64,000 nucleotides of DNA from a virus. Lineage: Duplodnaviria; Caudoviricetes. Shown piece by piece: positions 35,377-44,905 of this stretch; position 1 is the first letter of the stretch, and each line of letters opens with the position of its first letter. Under the pieces are notes generated by a model. It did not search any database, had not been told where the DNA came from, and saw nothing but the letters and a program-made list of their open reading frames with translations. The stretch is taken from positions 7,652-71,651 of the IMG/VR virus record IMGVR_UViG_3300049142_000060, one strand, 5' to 3'. The translations under genes were made by a program, and so were the position numbers.

Positions 35377-35721
35377 GGAGCGCATGTTGGGCTCCGCAGG
35401 GACAGGGGACCTCGGCAGTAACCGTGTCGAGGTCCCCGCCCCCTTGCGGGGCCGCACCGGCCCGCGCTGCCACCTCGGGAATGGGACAACGGGCCGGTGC
35501 GGCGACCGGGGCCCACTTTGCCCTCGCCTTAAACAGGTGCGCTGTCGGATCGTAGCTGACCAATAGCGTGGTGTCACGGTGTTTAGCGGCAAAAAGTTTC
35601 ATGAATGCATCGGTGTCCGAAACCTCGCATTTCGGGCTATCGGAACGGTTAGAAGAGCCTTACCGCGCGAGCCGCAGAGCAGGGGGAATCACAGCATAGG
35701 ATTCGGCGCACACATAGAAAC

Positions 35722-35747
35722 GCCGACCTGCATCTTCGCAGGTCGGC
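35722..35747. terminator. hairpin next to attP
   Basis: GCCGACCTGC-ATCTTC-GCAGGTCGGC flanked by ACATAGAA repeats. Confidence 0.6.
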
Positions 35748-35766
35748 ATACATAGAAGCGGCGGAA

Positions 35767-35808
35767 GGATTATGAGTCCGATGCTCTGACCGGCTGAGCT
35801 ACCGCCCC
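35767..35808 (-). other. attP core candidate: 5' half (42 nt) of a CAT-anticodon tRNA (Met or Ile2)
   Basis: minus strand GGGGCGGTAGCTCAGCCGGTCAGAGCATCGGACTCATAATCC then non-tRNA sequence; 123 bp from the integrase start. Confidence 0.75.
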
Positions 35809-35931
35809 TGGATTCAGTTGTCTGACGTGCGGCTTCGCGTGATCGACTCACGGAAGCCTTGTGAGCACACTAAGGCTAGAGCATAGGATCTCCCATCCGC
35901 GGCTGGTTCGTTCACGGCGGAAGGATCTCCC

Positions 35932-36912
35932 ATGCCTGCCCCCCGCAAAGACCAATCCGCCCCGTTACGGTCACTGCTCGACTCCTGGGCGCTCGCCCTG
36001 GAATCGGCCAACCGCTCTGAGGGCACGGTCGTCTCCTACATGCTCACGGGACGTCGGTTCTGCGACTACCTCGGACATCATTCCATGCCGGACACCGTCG
36101 ATGGGGTACAGGCCGATCACATTCGGCACTTCCTCGTCGCGTGCCTGAACGGCTGTCTCGACGACGATGGCCAGCCGTGCGGGTGCGGCATCAAGGCCCG
36201 CACCGCCGGCAACGCCGCGAAGCACTACCGCAACCTGCGGGCCTACTTCAACTGGCTGATCAAAGAAGAGGAGCGGACGGGCGGGCATCCCATGGTGAAT
36301 GTCGAGCCGCCGAACGTCCCGGACAACCCGCCCGACGTGTTCAGCGACGACGAGCTGCGGGCGCTCCTCAAAGCCTGCTCGGGAGCTACGCTCGCGGACC
36401 GGCGGGACACCGCCATCATCAGGGTCTTCATGGACACCGGCATGCGCGTGTCAGGGCTCACCGGCTTGCGCTACAGCTCCGACCCGAACGCCAGCGACGT
36501 CTTGCTAAAGGACAAGGTGCTCCGCATCCGGATCAAGGGCGGCGACACGATCCTCGTGCCGATCGGCAAGGCCGCGGCGAGGGACCTCGACCGGTACATC
36601 CGAGCGCGGGCCCGGCATCCTGACGCGGACTGTGAGTGGCTGTGGCTCGGCCGGAAGGGGCAGCTCAAGCAGTCGGGTGTCCAGCAGATGCTGGAACGTC
36701 GCGGAAGAGAGGCAGGCGTGGCGAGGGTGCACCCCCACCGGTTCCGGCACACGATGGCGGACGACTGGCTGGAGGCCGGCGGCAACGAGGGCGACCTTAT
36801 GATCATCGCGGGGTGGAAGAGTCCGGAGATGGTCCGCCGGTATGGTCGGGCCGCGGCGGACCGCCGTGCGCGACAGGCTCACGCACGCCTCTCTCCGGGA
36901 GACCGCATCTGA
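35932..36912 (+). CDS. int: tyrosine integrase
   Basis: N-terminal SAM-like domain; DTGMRVS, IKGG, HPHRFRH, AGWKS, VRRY. Confidence 0.92.
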   Translation: MPAPRKDQSAPLRSLLDSWALALESANRSEGTVVSYMLTGRRFCDYLGHHSMPDTVDGVQADHIRHFLVACLNGCLDDDGQPCGCGIKARTAGNAAKHYRNLRAYFNWLIKEEERTGGHPMVNVEPPNVPDNPPDVFSDDELRALLKACSGATLADRRDTAIIRVFMDTGMRVSGLTGLRYSSDPNASDVLLKDKVLRIRIKGGDTILVPIGKAAARDLDRYIRARARHPDADCEWLWLGRKGQLKQSGVQQMLERRGREAGVARVHPHRFRHTMADDWLEAGGNEGDLMIIAGWKSPEMVRRYGRAAADRRARQAHARLSPGDRI

Positions 36913-37206
36913 TCAGAAGGTCTGTTCGAGACACTATCTGCGGGGAAACGCTTCCCTTACCCCAATATCTGGACTTAAGGGGCATTTGAGGCATACCGCT
37001 CTCGTTACTAACGGTTGTCGTGACCCTCGGTGAGGGACCGTAACCCCTGGGTGGCTTATGGTAGCCACGTGCCAGAACCTCCCCTCTGTCCTATTCCGAA
37101 AGCCCGGAAACTGTTTTAGAGTTCAACCCACTGCCGCGAATGCCTCGGGAAAAGGAACGTCGCAGCATGGCCAATGCAATGCAGCATTGGCCATCGAGGG
37201 GTGGAA

Positions 37207-37620
37207 GTGAACAAACGCAGTACCCGCTGGATCATCGGCGGCGCCGCCGCAGCACTGTGGGGAACGACCCTCGCCACCGCAACGATCGAACTCCACATGC
37301 GCTGGTATCTGGCGCTCTGGCTGGCGACCGGTGTAGCCAGCGCCGCAGTACTCATCTGTCTCGGAGACAGCCTTGCCGCCGCTCGGCAGGTCGAGCGCGA
37401 AGCAAGGTCCAAGGCCGCGTTCGATGAAGGGCTCCGCATCATCACGGCCGCCATCAGGGAACACGGCGAGAAGGTGTGCAAAAGCGTGTTCAGTGCTCAG
37501 CACTGGGCGGCCATCGTGTTCCGGGCAGGGAAGCTTGCCGAGTATGACGCGGCGGCAGCCAAGGAAGCCCAATCGGGGGATGAGACTGGACCGTTCAGGG
37601 CGATCTCGCGCCTCTACTGA
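37207..37620 (+). CDS. membrane protein (2 TM) between int and repressor
   Basis: WIIGGAAAALWG...WYLALWLATGVASAAVLICLG. Confidence 0.55.
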   Translation: MNKRSTRWIIGGAAAALWGTTLATATIELHMRWYLALWLATGVASAAVLICLGDSLAAARQVEREARSKAAFDEGLRIITAAIREHGEKVCKSVFSAQHWAAIVFRAGKLAEYDAAAAKEAQSGDETGPFRAISRLY

Positions 37621-37652
37621 ATTGAGCTAGACGCGCAGAAGGGCCGCGAGGT

Positions 37653-38276
37653 TTACATGCCTCGCGGCTTTTTCTTTGATCGCTCAGGTTCTTCTTTGAC
37701 GCCAACCTTCTTGTAGGAATGTCGCCGATGGCCGACGTAATCCATCAGGATCGTGTTCTTCATGTCGTCGGATAGATCTGAGCGCAGGATCTCGGCGACG
37801 AATTGGTCGCCCCGTTTCTGGTCACTCAGTGTTAGCTCGTCTGGTGTGGCGAGCCCTCGCTCCACGAGGACGTCCCCGATGGTCTTGTCTTGAGCGATGG
37901 CCTCGCTCCGTATGGCTGCGAGGAGGTCACCCTCTATCTCCGAGTGAGGCTGTTCGGGGGGCGGCGCGTTGCCGGCATCGCGGCCGTTGGCGAGGACCAG
38001 TTCCCGCGCGGGTTCCAGATCGCCGCCATCGCGCGTCCGCACGAGGGAGCCGGGCTCTAGGCGGTAAGCCACCTCGATGGCTGCAATGGTCTCGCGCGAG
38101 TAGTTGCTGCGGGCGCCGGTCTCGATGGCGGTGATGAGCCGATACCAACTGTCTCTGCTGCCGGTGTGGGTGTCGGCGACGAAGGTTCGTCGGTTCTTGT
38201 AGCGCGGATCTAGCTGGACGCGGCGCGTGACCAGTAGGTCGCCAAGACGAGTCCAGTCGGGTGTGGCGGTGGTCAC
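37653..38276 (-). CDS. immunity repressor candidate
   Basis: WTRLGDLLVTRRVQL...RLITAIETGARSNYSRETIAAIEVAYRLEPGS; divergent from the Cro-like gene. Confidence 0.7.
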   Translation of the reverse strand: MTTATPDWTRLGDLLVTRRVQLDPRYKNRRTFVADTHTGSRDSWYRLITAIETGARSNYSRETIAAIEVAYRLEPGSLVRTRDGGDLEPARELVLANGRDAGNAPPPEQPHSEIEGDLLAAIRSEAIAQDKTIGDVLVERGLATPDELTLSDQKRGDQFVAEILRSDLSDDMKNTILMDYVGHRRHSYKKVGVKEEPERSKKKPRGM

Positions 38277-38430
38277 GTGTGCTCCTGGGGAGTCGGCTGT
38301 CGCTCGCGGCGGGCTCCAAGGAGGATCCTGAAGGAAACAGTTGGAAACGTCAACTGATCTCAGTGGCGAAGTCTAAATCCTGGTCGGAACGACGACTGTG
38401 ACTCGTGTGACTGCTGGGATGTCCCAAATG

Positions 38431-38502
38431 TGATTCCTAGTGATTCCTATCAGTTCCGCTCAAGGGGTTGACGGCAGGGAAACTGATTCCTACTGTTTCC
38501 AA
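38431..38502 (+). promoter_or_regulatory. early rightward promoter TTGACG-N17-TACTGT with TGATTCCTA repeats
   Basis: -35 at 38468, -10 at 38491; TGATTCCTA at 38431, 38441 and 38484; ATG 7 nt after -10 (leaderless). Confidence 0.7.
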
Positions 38503-38503
38503 C

Positions 38504-38767
38504 ATGCCACCTACGCCGATCGTCCGACAGAACGGGCAAGCCCTCAGAGCGTTCCGCACGATGCGCGGGCTCAGCGTCAACGACCTGGCCGAAGAGGCGA
38601 AGGTCTCCCCCCAGGCTCTCCGCAACTGGGAATTGGAGCACAGGTTCCTCCCCATCGTTAAGGCGGAGCGGCTGTGCGTTGTCCTAGGCATCGCCGTTGC
38701 CGCCATCTCTCGGGACAGAGTCGAGAACCTCCAGGTCGCGGATGCTGACGTGCAGGCGGCCTGCTGA
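38504..38767 (+). CDS. Cro-like XRE HTH protein
   Basis: ALRAFRTMRGLSVNDLAEEAKVSPQALRNWE. Confidence 0.85.
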   Translation: MPPTPIVRQNGQALRAFRTMRGLSVNDLAEEAKVSPQALRNWELEHRFLPIVKAERLCVVLGIAVAAISRDRVENLQVADADVQAAC

Positions 38768-39039
38768 TGTCTACGCCCGAAGACCGCAGCGCCGTCGCCA
38801 GCATCGCCGCCAACGCCCGGTGGGCTAAGGAAGACAACCGGGTCGGCGCGACCGCAAAGGCCCGAAACAACTCGCCGGCCTCCATCGAGTACTGGATGCG
38901 CAAGGTCGACCCCGAAGCCCGGATGCCTCGCGACCAGCGGCTCCGCCGGGCGGAGAACGCCAAGAAGGCCCACTACCAGACCTTGATGCGCAAGGCCCGC
39001 CAGGCTAAGGAGCGCAAGGCCGCGGGGGAGATGGCGTGA
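38767..39039 (+). CDS. hypothetical protein
   Basis: ASIAANARWAKED...ATAKAR...KVDPE...AENAKKAHY. Confidence 0.65.
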   Translation: MSTPEDRSAVASIAANARWAKEDNRVGATAKARNNSPASIEYWMRKVDPEARMPRDQRLRRAENAKKAHYQTLMRKARQAKERKAAGEMA

Positions 39040-39836
39040 ACGAGATCGACATCCTCAACGGTTCGCCATTCGACGCGATCAGGCGCACGGACGAGCGGGG
39101 CGAGTACTGGACAGCCCGCGACCTGATGCCGCTGTTGGGCTACCGGAAGTGGGAGCGGTTCGAGGACTCCATCGAGCGTGCCATCGTGTCCGCGCGTGTT
39201 GCAGGCACCGACGTTGATCAGGCGTTTTCCCGGCTCCGGGAAATCGGACACAACGGCGGCGCCCGGGTCGACTACCGCCTCACTCGCTATGCGGCCTACC
39301 TCGTGGCCATGAACGGCGATGTGCGTAAGCAGGAAATCGCGGACGCGCAGATGTACTTCACGGTGCGCACCCGCGAAGCAGAGACCAAGCAGTCCACCGC
39401 GCTCGCCCTGCCTCAGGACTACGAGGAGGCGCTGGAGGAGCTGCTCGTCAAGGTCCGGGAGAACAAGGCGCTGAAGGTGGAGAACGCCAAGCTCCAGGTA
39501 AAGGCCGCGGCTTATGACGACTGGATCAACGGCAAGGGTTGCTACCTGATCGGCACCGTCGCCAAGATGCTCGGCCTCGGTCCGAAGGCGGTGTGGGACT
39601 TCCTCTACGAGGAGAAGGTCCTCATCAGCAGCGGCGCCCGCAGGCGCGAGCCGTACGCGGGCAAGACGTCCACGTCGTGGTTCGAGGTGAAGCCTCGCGA
39701 CCCGGAGTCGACAAACGGTCACGCGACGAGCACCACCTACATCACGCCGTACGGCGCGGAGCAGCTTCGCCTGTTGCTGATCAGACGGGGCCTTCTACCT
39801 CCGCAGCAGCTCGCGCTGATTGGCGGCGCGTCATGA
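39036..39836 (+). CDS. phage antirepressor (DinD/Bro-like N-terminus, KilAC-like C-terminus)
   Basis: FDAIRRTD..GEYWTARDLMPLLGYRKWERF...KAAAYDDWING...TTYITPYG. Confidence 0.8.
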   Translation: MNEIDILNGSPFDAIRRTDERGEYWTARDLMPLLGYRKWERFEDSIERAIVSARVAGTDVDQAFSRLREIGHNGGARVDYRLTRYAAYLVAMNGDVRKQEIADAQMYFTVRTREAETKQSTALALPQDYEEALEELLVKVRENKALKVENAKLQVKAAAYDDWINGKGCYLIGTVAKMLGLGPKAVWDFLYEEKVLISSGARRREPYAGKTSTSWFEVKPRDPESTNGHATSTTYITPYGAEQLRLLLIRRGLLPPQQLALIGGAS

Positions 39837-40018
39837 GGCCGCACGAGGCGCGCATCTGGCGCAAGCAGTGGCGAGACGCGCTCAAGGGCACCGCTCGCGG
39901 GCGCCGCTCCACGCACAAGGTGGAGACGCAGGAGCCCCAGCGTGGCTCGACCTGGTGCCGCCGCCATCCGGGTGAGTGGCCGCCGTACATGCGCCGCTGG
40001 ATCGGCGGCGAGTCGTGA
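39833..40018 (+). CDS. hypothetical protein
   Basis: coupled ATGA start. Confidence 0.4.
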   Translation: MRPHEARIWRKQWRDALKGTARGRRSTHKVETQEPQRGSTWCRRHPGEWPPYMRRWIGGES

Positions 40019-40218
40019 CCGCCTCTGAGTGGTTCGGCGCCCTCTACGCGACGGCTGGCCTGTCGGTGCGTGTCTCGGAGCTTCACGAGCTCGACCGCGC
40101 CGACGAGGAACCGGCCACCCCTTGACGCGAGTCGGCCCCCACCCGGATGCAGCCGGACGAGGGCCGAAAGGAACACCCGCTCATCCCGATCGGACCACGA
40201 CCTAAGGAGCAGGAGCCA

Positions 40219-40569
40219 ATGAACAAGATAACCCGAGACCACGAGCTGGACATCCTCGAACTGGGGGAGCGGGCCGCGCTGGCGCTCACGCTGGAGACGA
40301 AGCGCGCCGAGGAGGCGCGGGCGCGTACCGAACGGATCGCCGGCCTGCGGGCCCTGGCGGACCTGCTGGAGCAGACCCCCGACCTGCCGGTGCCCGCCAG
40401 CCTGCGCTGGGAGTTCGCGGGCGCCACCGTCCACCAGGCGGCCGACGCCGTCACCGAGGCGAGGCTGCCGTCCAGCTACGTCTCCCGCGTCGGGGTGCAG
40501 CGGCTGAACGTGGACCTGCCAGGCCTGTCCGTGGTGTTCACCGCCTACCCGCAGGCGGTGACCGCGTGA
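40219..40569 (+). CDS. hypothetical protein
   Basis: AGGAG RBS; coupled chain. Confidence 0.55.
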   Translation: MNKITRDHELDILELGERAALALTLETKRAEEARARTERIAGLRALADLLEQTPDLPVPASLRWEFAGATVHQAADAVTEARLPSSYVSRVGVQRLNVDLPGLSVVFTAYPQAVTA

Positions 40570-40823
40570 CCCGCCTGGAGACGCTCGCCACCTTCACGTA
40601 CGCCCACGAGCTCGACTTGGGCGGCAACCTCCTGAGGACCGCACTCCTCGCGCAGATCCTCACCGACCAGCTCGGGCTGGAGCCCGCCGTGGCGATCGAC
40701 CTGGCCGAGAACGACGCGTTCGACGGTCGCGTTCGCGCCGCCAGCTTCGAGGCCGACCTGCTGATCGAGCAGGCCCGCCGTGCTGCCCTCGCCGCCGAGT
40801 ACGGAGAGGCGGTGCCGGCGTGA
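40566..40823 (+). CDS. hypothetical protein
   Basis: GTGA-coupled. Confidence 0.5.
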   Translation: MTRLETLATFTYAHELDLGGNLLRTALLAQILTDQLGLEPAVAIDLAENDAFDGRVRAASFEADLLIEQARRAALAAEYGEAVPA

Positions 40824-41224
40824 AGACCGAGACGATCCGCATGGTGGAGGCGCACCCGTCCGCGTTCGAGGTCGCGATCCTGCACCTGACCGCGGGCGCG
40901 GCGGCCCGTGTCCACCACCCATTTGGGGTGCGCGAGTACCGGCCGTTGCTCGTCGAGGACGACGTGTACGTGGTCGTTCCCGGCTTCAAAGAGGTGATCG
41001 GCTGGGGTGCGGTGCCGTGCTGGCACTACTCCCTGCGCGGTATCCGCAACGGTCGCCACAGGCTCGACCGGCCGGCCTGGCACGAGGCGGCCCGACTGCT
41101 GACGTGCACGCCTGTCGCGTACGTCCGCTTCGAGGAGCGCGACTACTACGGCAAGCCCCGCTGGACGGCCGTCGAAGCGTCCGTTGAGGCGGCCCGCCTC
41201 GCCAAGCAGGGCGGTGCGGCATGA
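40820..41224 (+). CDS. hypothetical protein
   Basis: GTGA-coupled. Confidence 0.5.
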   Translation: MKTETIRMVEAHPSAFEVAILHLTAGAAARVHHPFGVREYRPLLVEDDVYVVVPGFKEVIGWGAVPCWHYSLRGIRNGRHRLDRPAWHEAARLLTCTPVAYVRFEERDYYGKPRWTAVEASVEAARLAKQGGAA

Positions 41225-41433
41225 GCCTCACCACCCTCCCCGCCCCCGTCCTGCCGAAGGCAGACCCGGACGACAACCACCTGTACTGCTGCGACTCGGA
41301 CGTGTCCCTGTGCGGGCTCGACATCTCCGACACCAGCGAACTGGATTTCGCCGACGATGAGTGCTGCCTGGTGTGTCTGGCGCTGGAGAACGCGCCATGT
41401 GGTCCTGGCTGTCATCGGGGCGGTGCGGCATGA
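41221..41433 (+). CDS. small Cys-rich protein
   Basis: HLYCCDSDVSLCG...CCLVC. Confidence 0.55.
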   Translation: MSLTTLPAPVLPKADPDDNHLYCCDSDVSLCGLDISDTSELDFADDECCLVCLALENAPCGPGCHRGGAA

Positions 41434-41819
41434 CCACCTACAAGCCCGGCGACATCATCAACATCGTCATCAAGGGCGTCCGCGTTCGCCACCAGGCCGA
41501 CGACGGTGTCGTCACGATCTGGGACGACGAAAACCGCTGCTTCAGCATGCCGCCCCAAGCGGCGATCGAGCGCGTCGCCCCTCCTGAGTGGCCGCCCCGC
41601 CTCGGCGATCTGTGGCGAGACCGGGATGGTGATCTGTGGTTCGCCTCAACGGGCTACGGACCAGACGACGAGGAGTACGTCGACCTGCGTTGCGTCAAGG
41701 CCAAGCCGTTGCAGGCGTGGGGTCCCGGCAGCGTGTGGACGGTCCTGGGGGAGTACGGCCCACTGACGCTGGTCCGTCGCGAGCAGGAGCCCTCTCACGA
41801 CGATGAGGTGCCCTGGTGA
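41430..41819 (+). CDS. hypothetical protein
   Basis: WPPRLGDLWRDRDGDLWF motif; coupled. Confidence 0.6.
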   Translation: MTTYKPGDIINIVIKGVRVRHQADDGVVTIWDDENRCFSMPPQAAIERVAPPEWPPRLGDLWRDRDGDLWFASTGYGPDDEEYVDLRCVKAKPLQAWGPGSVWTVLGEYGPLTLVRREQEPSHDDEVPW

Positions 41820-42061
41820 CGGGCGACTGGCTGACGGTCACAGACGCCGCTGTGCTGCTGCGCCGCACCGAGCGTGAGGTGAGGCAGCTCATCATCGCCG
41901 AGGCCCTGTACGCCGAGCTGGACACCTTCGACTACCGCGTCTCCCGCGCCTCCGCCGAGGAGTACGCGCGCCGGCTGACGCCTCGCGACCCGGACAACCC
42001 CGCCGAGCGCCAGATGACCACCTCCGACGACATCGACTACTTCCGGGAGCAGAACACCTGA
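41816..42061 (+). CDS. excisionase-like HTH protein
   Basis: WLTVTDAAVLLRRTEREVRQLI...YRVSRAS. Confidence 0.6.
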   Translation: MTGDWLTVTDAAVLLRRTEREVRQLIIAEALYAELDTFDYRVSRASAEEYARRLTPRDPDNPAERQMTTSDDIDYFREQNT

Positions 42062-42741
42062 TGGCCCGTGACTTCAACCCGGCGGACAGCGGCTACAACG
42101 AGGTCGCCATGCGGATCGTTGAGGCCCGCAAGAAGCACCCTGAGGGGATCCTGCGTCCGTTGGACCCTGCCCAGCCGTACAAGATCGAGACGATCGGTGA
42201 CAAGACGTTCATCGTCTACTGCGCCGCCTTCCACCGGACTCCCGACGATCCGATGCCGGGCATCGGCGTGGCGTGGGAACCCTTTCCTGGCACCACTCCG
42301 TACACCCGCAACTCCGAGCTGATGAACGCTGAGACCTCGGCTTGGGGCCGTGCTCTGGTGGCTGCGTTCGCTGCGGACACGAAGAAGGGCATCGCCACCT
42401 CGCTCGACGTCCGCACACGAGAAGTCGAGCGACAGCAGCAGGAGCCAAAGGAACGGAGATGGCCTGATCCTGGCGAGCAGCTCGTCAGCAAGGCGCTCCT
42501 GTCTCGTCTGGCTGGCCTGTTCGCCACGCTCGGCGTGGCCGGCCGGGACGAAGGGCTGATGACCATCGGCGCGCTGATCGGCGTGCAGGTGTCGTCCACG
42601 AAGGAGCTGACGAACGCTCAGGCCGAGCAGCTCATCGAGAAGCTCGGCCCGCTGGCCAAGTCCGAGGATCCGGCCGCCGCTCTCGCTGAGGCGCTGCGGC
42701 AGGCGATGGCTGGGGAGGGCAGCGATGAGCACGCCGCGTGA
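42061..42741 (+). CDS. putative single-strand annealing protein (Rad52/Sak-like)
   Basis: YNEVAMRIVEARKKHPEG...NAETSAWGRAL...; C-terminal SSTKELTNAQAEQLIE. Confidence 0.55.
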   Translation: MARDFNPADSGYNEVAMRIVEARKKHPEGILRPLDPAQPYKIETIGDKTFIVYCAAFHRTPDDPMPGIGVAWEPFPGTTPYTRNSELMNAETSAWGRALVAAFAADTKKGIATSLDVRTREVERQQQEPKERRWPDPGEQLVSKALLSRLAGLFATLGVAGRDEGLMTIGALIGVQVSSTKELTNAQAEQLIEKLGPLAKSEDPAAALAEALRQAMAGEGSDEHAA

Positions 42742-43333
42742 GGCCGCGTTCAAGGTCGCAGTGCTGGACGCGCTCGCTAAGCGGGTGAACAAGGCGCTGG
42801 CCGACGCCCGCTCCGAGGCTGAGCCGCTGTTCGCCGCCGCCCGCGAGATGGGCGCCATGCAGATCGAGGTGAAGCTTCCGTCCGGCGCCCAGGTCGGCAA
42901 GGTCTCCATCAAGGCCGGCGAAGAGACCATCACCGTGGACGAGGACGCCCTGCTCAAGTGGGTGGAGGCGAACTGCCCGGAAGAGATCGAGCACACCGTC
43001 TCCGCCACGGCCCTGCAGCGGCCTGATGTCGTCGCCTACGTCCGCAAGCTGTACCCCGACCTGGTAGCGCCGCGAATCCGGCCCGCCTACCGCGCCAAGC
43101 TCCTCGCGGAGTTGGACGACGACGGCCACCTGGTCAGTGAGACGACCGGCGAGGTCGTAAAGGTTCGCGAGGTGGTTAGGCGCCCGCCGACCGGGGCGTT
43201 CGCGCTCTCCTTCGAGAGGGCCGCCAAGGGAAAGCTCAACGGCCGCGACCAGATCGCCGCCGCCTGGCAGTCCAGCGAGGTGTCGATCGTGGACCTGATC
43301 CGCCCGGCCATCGAGGCGGGTGAGCAGTCGTGA
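42725..43333 (+). CDS. hypothetical protein of recombination module
   Basis: VKLPSGAQVGKVS...VDEDALLKWVEANCPEEI. Confidence 0.6.
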   Translation: MSTPREAAFKVAVLDALAKRVNKALADARSEAEPLFAAAREMGAMQIEVKLPSGAQVGKVSIKAGEETITVDEDALLKWVEANCPEEIEHTVSATALQRPDVVAYVRKLYPDLVAPRIRPAYRAKLLAELDDDGHLVSETTGEVVKVREVVRRPPTGAFALSFERAAKGKLNGRDQIAAAWQSSEVSIVDLIRPAIEAGEQS

Positions 43334-43764
43334 CGGACGTCTTCCAGCGCGCCGAGTCGGGCTCCTTCGAGTTCATCTCCGAGGACGCGATCCTCACCCC
43401 CGCGGACACCGACGTGTTCCTGAAGCGGCTCAACAACGAGCTTGGCCGCTCGCAGCTCGCAGTGAAGCGGGCACGCGAGGCGGAGCTGCAGGCCGAGTAC
43501 GCCTACATGACCGCGCGGGCGCCGCTCCTGCTTCAGGACGACTGTCCTGAGGTGGGCAAGCGGGCCGGCCAGGTGTCGCAGAAGGTCCAGGAGCAGTGGT
43601 TCGCCGACCGCATCCCCGACGAGTACTGGGCTCTGCGTGCGGCCAGGGTGGAGCGGCAGAACGCTGTCGACTACGCCTGGCAGGTCAAGGCCCAGGTCGA
43701 GCTGATGCGGTCTCTCAACGTCAACGCCAAGGCCATGTACGACACGCCGGGGCGTGGCCGATGA
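43330..43764 (+). CDS. hypothetical protein
   Basis: coupled; 144 aa. Confidence 0.6.
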   Translation: MTDVFQRAESGSFEFISEDAILTPADTDVFLKRLNNELGRSQLAVKRAREAELQAEYAYMTARAPLLLQDDCPEVGKRAGQVSQKVQEQWFADRIPDEYWALRAARVERQNAVDYAWQVKAQVELMRSLNVNAKAMYDTPGRGR

Positions 43765-44342
43765 AGACCCGCGTCCGCGCCTGCTGCAACCGGGAGACGT
43801 TCGCCAACGAGGCGGAGGCCCGGCGCCGGCTGGACAAGATGATCCAGCTCGGTCTGCGAAGCGTCCTGCCAATCGACGTGGAGCGCTGCCTGAACGGTTG
43901 GCACCTGCGGTTCCCCGCCTCGGACTCTGGCCCTTCGGCGAAGGTACGGGCTCAGGTTGAGGCTCGCGACGAGAACCGGTGCGTGAAGTGCGGCAAGCCT
44001 GTCCGCCGGGATGAGGACTCGCTGCACCACAGGTGGCCTCGCGGCCGGGGCGGCACCAACGCCGTGGAGAACCTGATCGTCCTGTGCGGGACTGGCACCA
44101 CGGGCCATCACGGCTGGGTGGAGAAGAACCGGGCCGTCTCCTACAAGCTCGGCTACCTCGTCGAGTCCGGCATCGACCCGGCCGACAAGCCCGTTCTCGT
44201 CGCCGGAAAGGGCTGGATGTACGCCTCGCCGGATGGCCGCTGGATCACGCCGCAGGAGTACGGGGCCGATCCCGCTGACCTGCCGTTCGACCCGATCGGC
44301 GACGCCCGGTTCGGCTCCTTCTCCGACCTCGACACCCCCTGA
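43761..44342 (+). CDS. HNH endonuclease
   Basis: RDENRCVKCG...HHRWPRGRGG..AVENLIVLCG...HHGWVE. Confidence 0.8.
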   Translation: MKTRVRACCNRETFANEAEARRRLDKMIQLGLRSVLPIDVERCLNGWHLRFPASDSGPSAKVRAQVEARDENRCVKCGKPVRRDEDSLHHRWPRGRGGTNAVENLIVLCGTGTTGHHGWVEKNRAVSYKLGYLVESGIDPADKPVLVAGKGWMYASPDGRWITPQEYGADPADLPFDPIGDARFGSFSDLDTP

Positions 44343-44352
44343 GGAGACCCCC

Positions 44353-44811
44353 ATGACGTACGTGGACGACCTGCACGAGGCCGGCGACCGCGAGCCGGAG
44401 CCGTGCGAGTGGTATCCGGCGCCCGAGCCTGTCGACGTGGACGAGGTCGAGCAGCGCCTGAACCAGCTCAAGCCCCTCGGCGCTCTGATCGAGAGCTCGC
44501 CGATCACCCACGTGATCCTGTCCGACGCGGAGGACGTGACCGCTCTGTGCGGCCTGGTGGGCCATGACGTGCCCGCCCTGGTCGCCGAGCTGATCGCGGC
44601 CCGGGAGCGGATCGCCGAGTGGGAGGCGCTGGAGACGCGCGAAGAGTGGGCGGTCACCAAGAGCTGCGACGTGTCTCCTCCGCCGCACGCCTACCACTAC
44701 CCGCGCGGAGACGCTGCGATCCGGGCTGCTGAACGGCACGGACACCAGGCGTGGCGGCGGGCTCTGATCGTCCACCCGTGGCAGCCGATCGACTCACAGC
44801 CGCCCCTTTAA
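44353..44811 (+). CDS. hypothetical protein
   Basis: GAGGAG RBS; HDVPALVAEL motif. Confidence 0.55.
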   Translation: MTYVDDLHEAGDREPEPCEWYPAPEPVDVDEVEQRLNQLKPLGALIESSPITHVILSDAEDVTALCGLVGHDVPALVAELIAARERIAEWEALETREEWAVTKSCDVSPPPHAYHYPRGDAAIRAAERHGHQAWRRALIVHPWQPIDSQPPL

Positions 44812-44824
44812 CCCCTTCGACCTG

Positions 44825-44860
44825 CCGGCAGGCGCCCGCTCGGGGGCGGGCGCCTGCCGG
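44825..44860 (+). terminator. GC hairpin
   Basis: CCGGCAGGCGCCCGC...GCGGGCGCCTGCCGG. Confidence 0.55.
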
Positions 44861-44894
44861 CCAGCACCAGCACCAGCACCAGCACCAGCACCAG
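44861..44894. repeat. (CCAGCA)5 microsatellite
   Basis: five perfect hexamers plus CCAG directly before the AGGAG RBS. Confidence 0.9.
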
Positions 44895-44905
44895 GAGCAC
44901 AGCAC

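Noticed and set aside
17000-35700. Complete autonomous AICE inserted in the phage
   Set aside because: No recognisable RepSA/RepAM replicase, full-length integrase, excisionase or flanking att repeats within the block; not fully excluded without alignment.
35767-35808. Functional tRNA-Met/Ile gene
   Set aside because: Sequence diverges right after the anticodon loop; no T arm or 3' acceptor strand.
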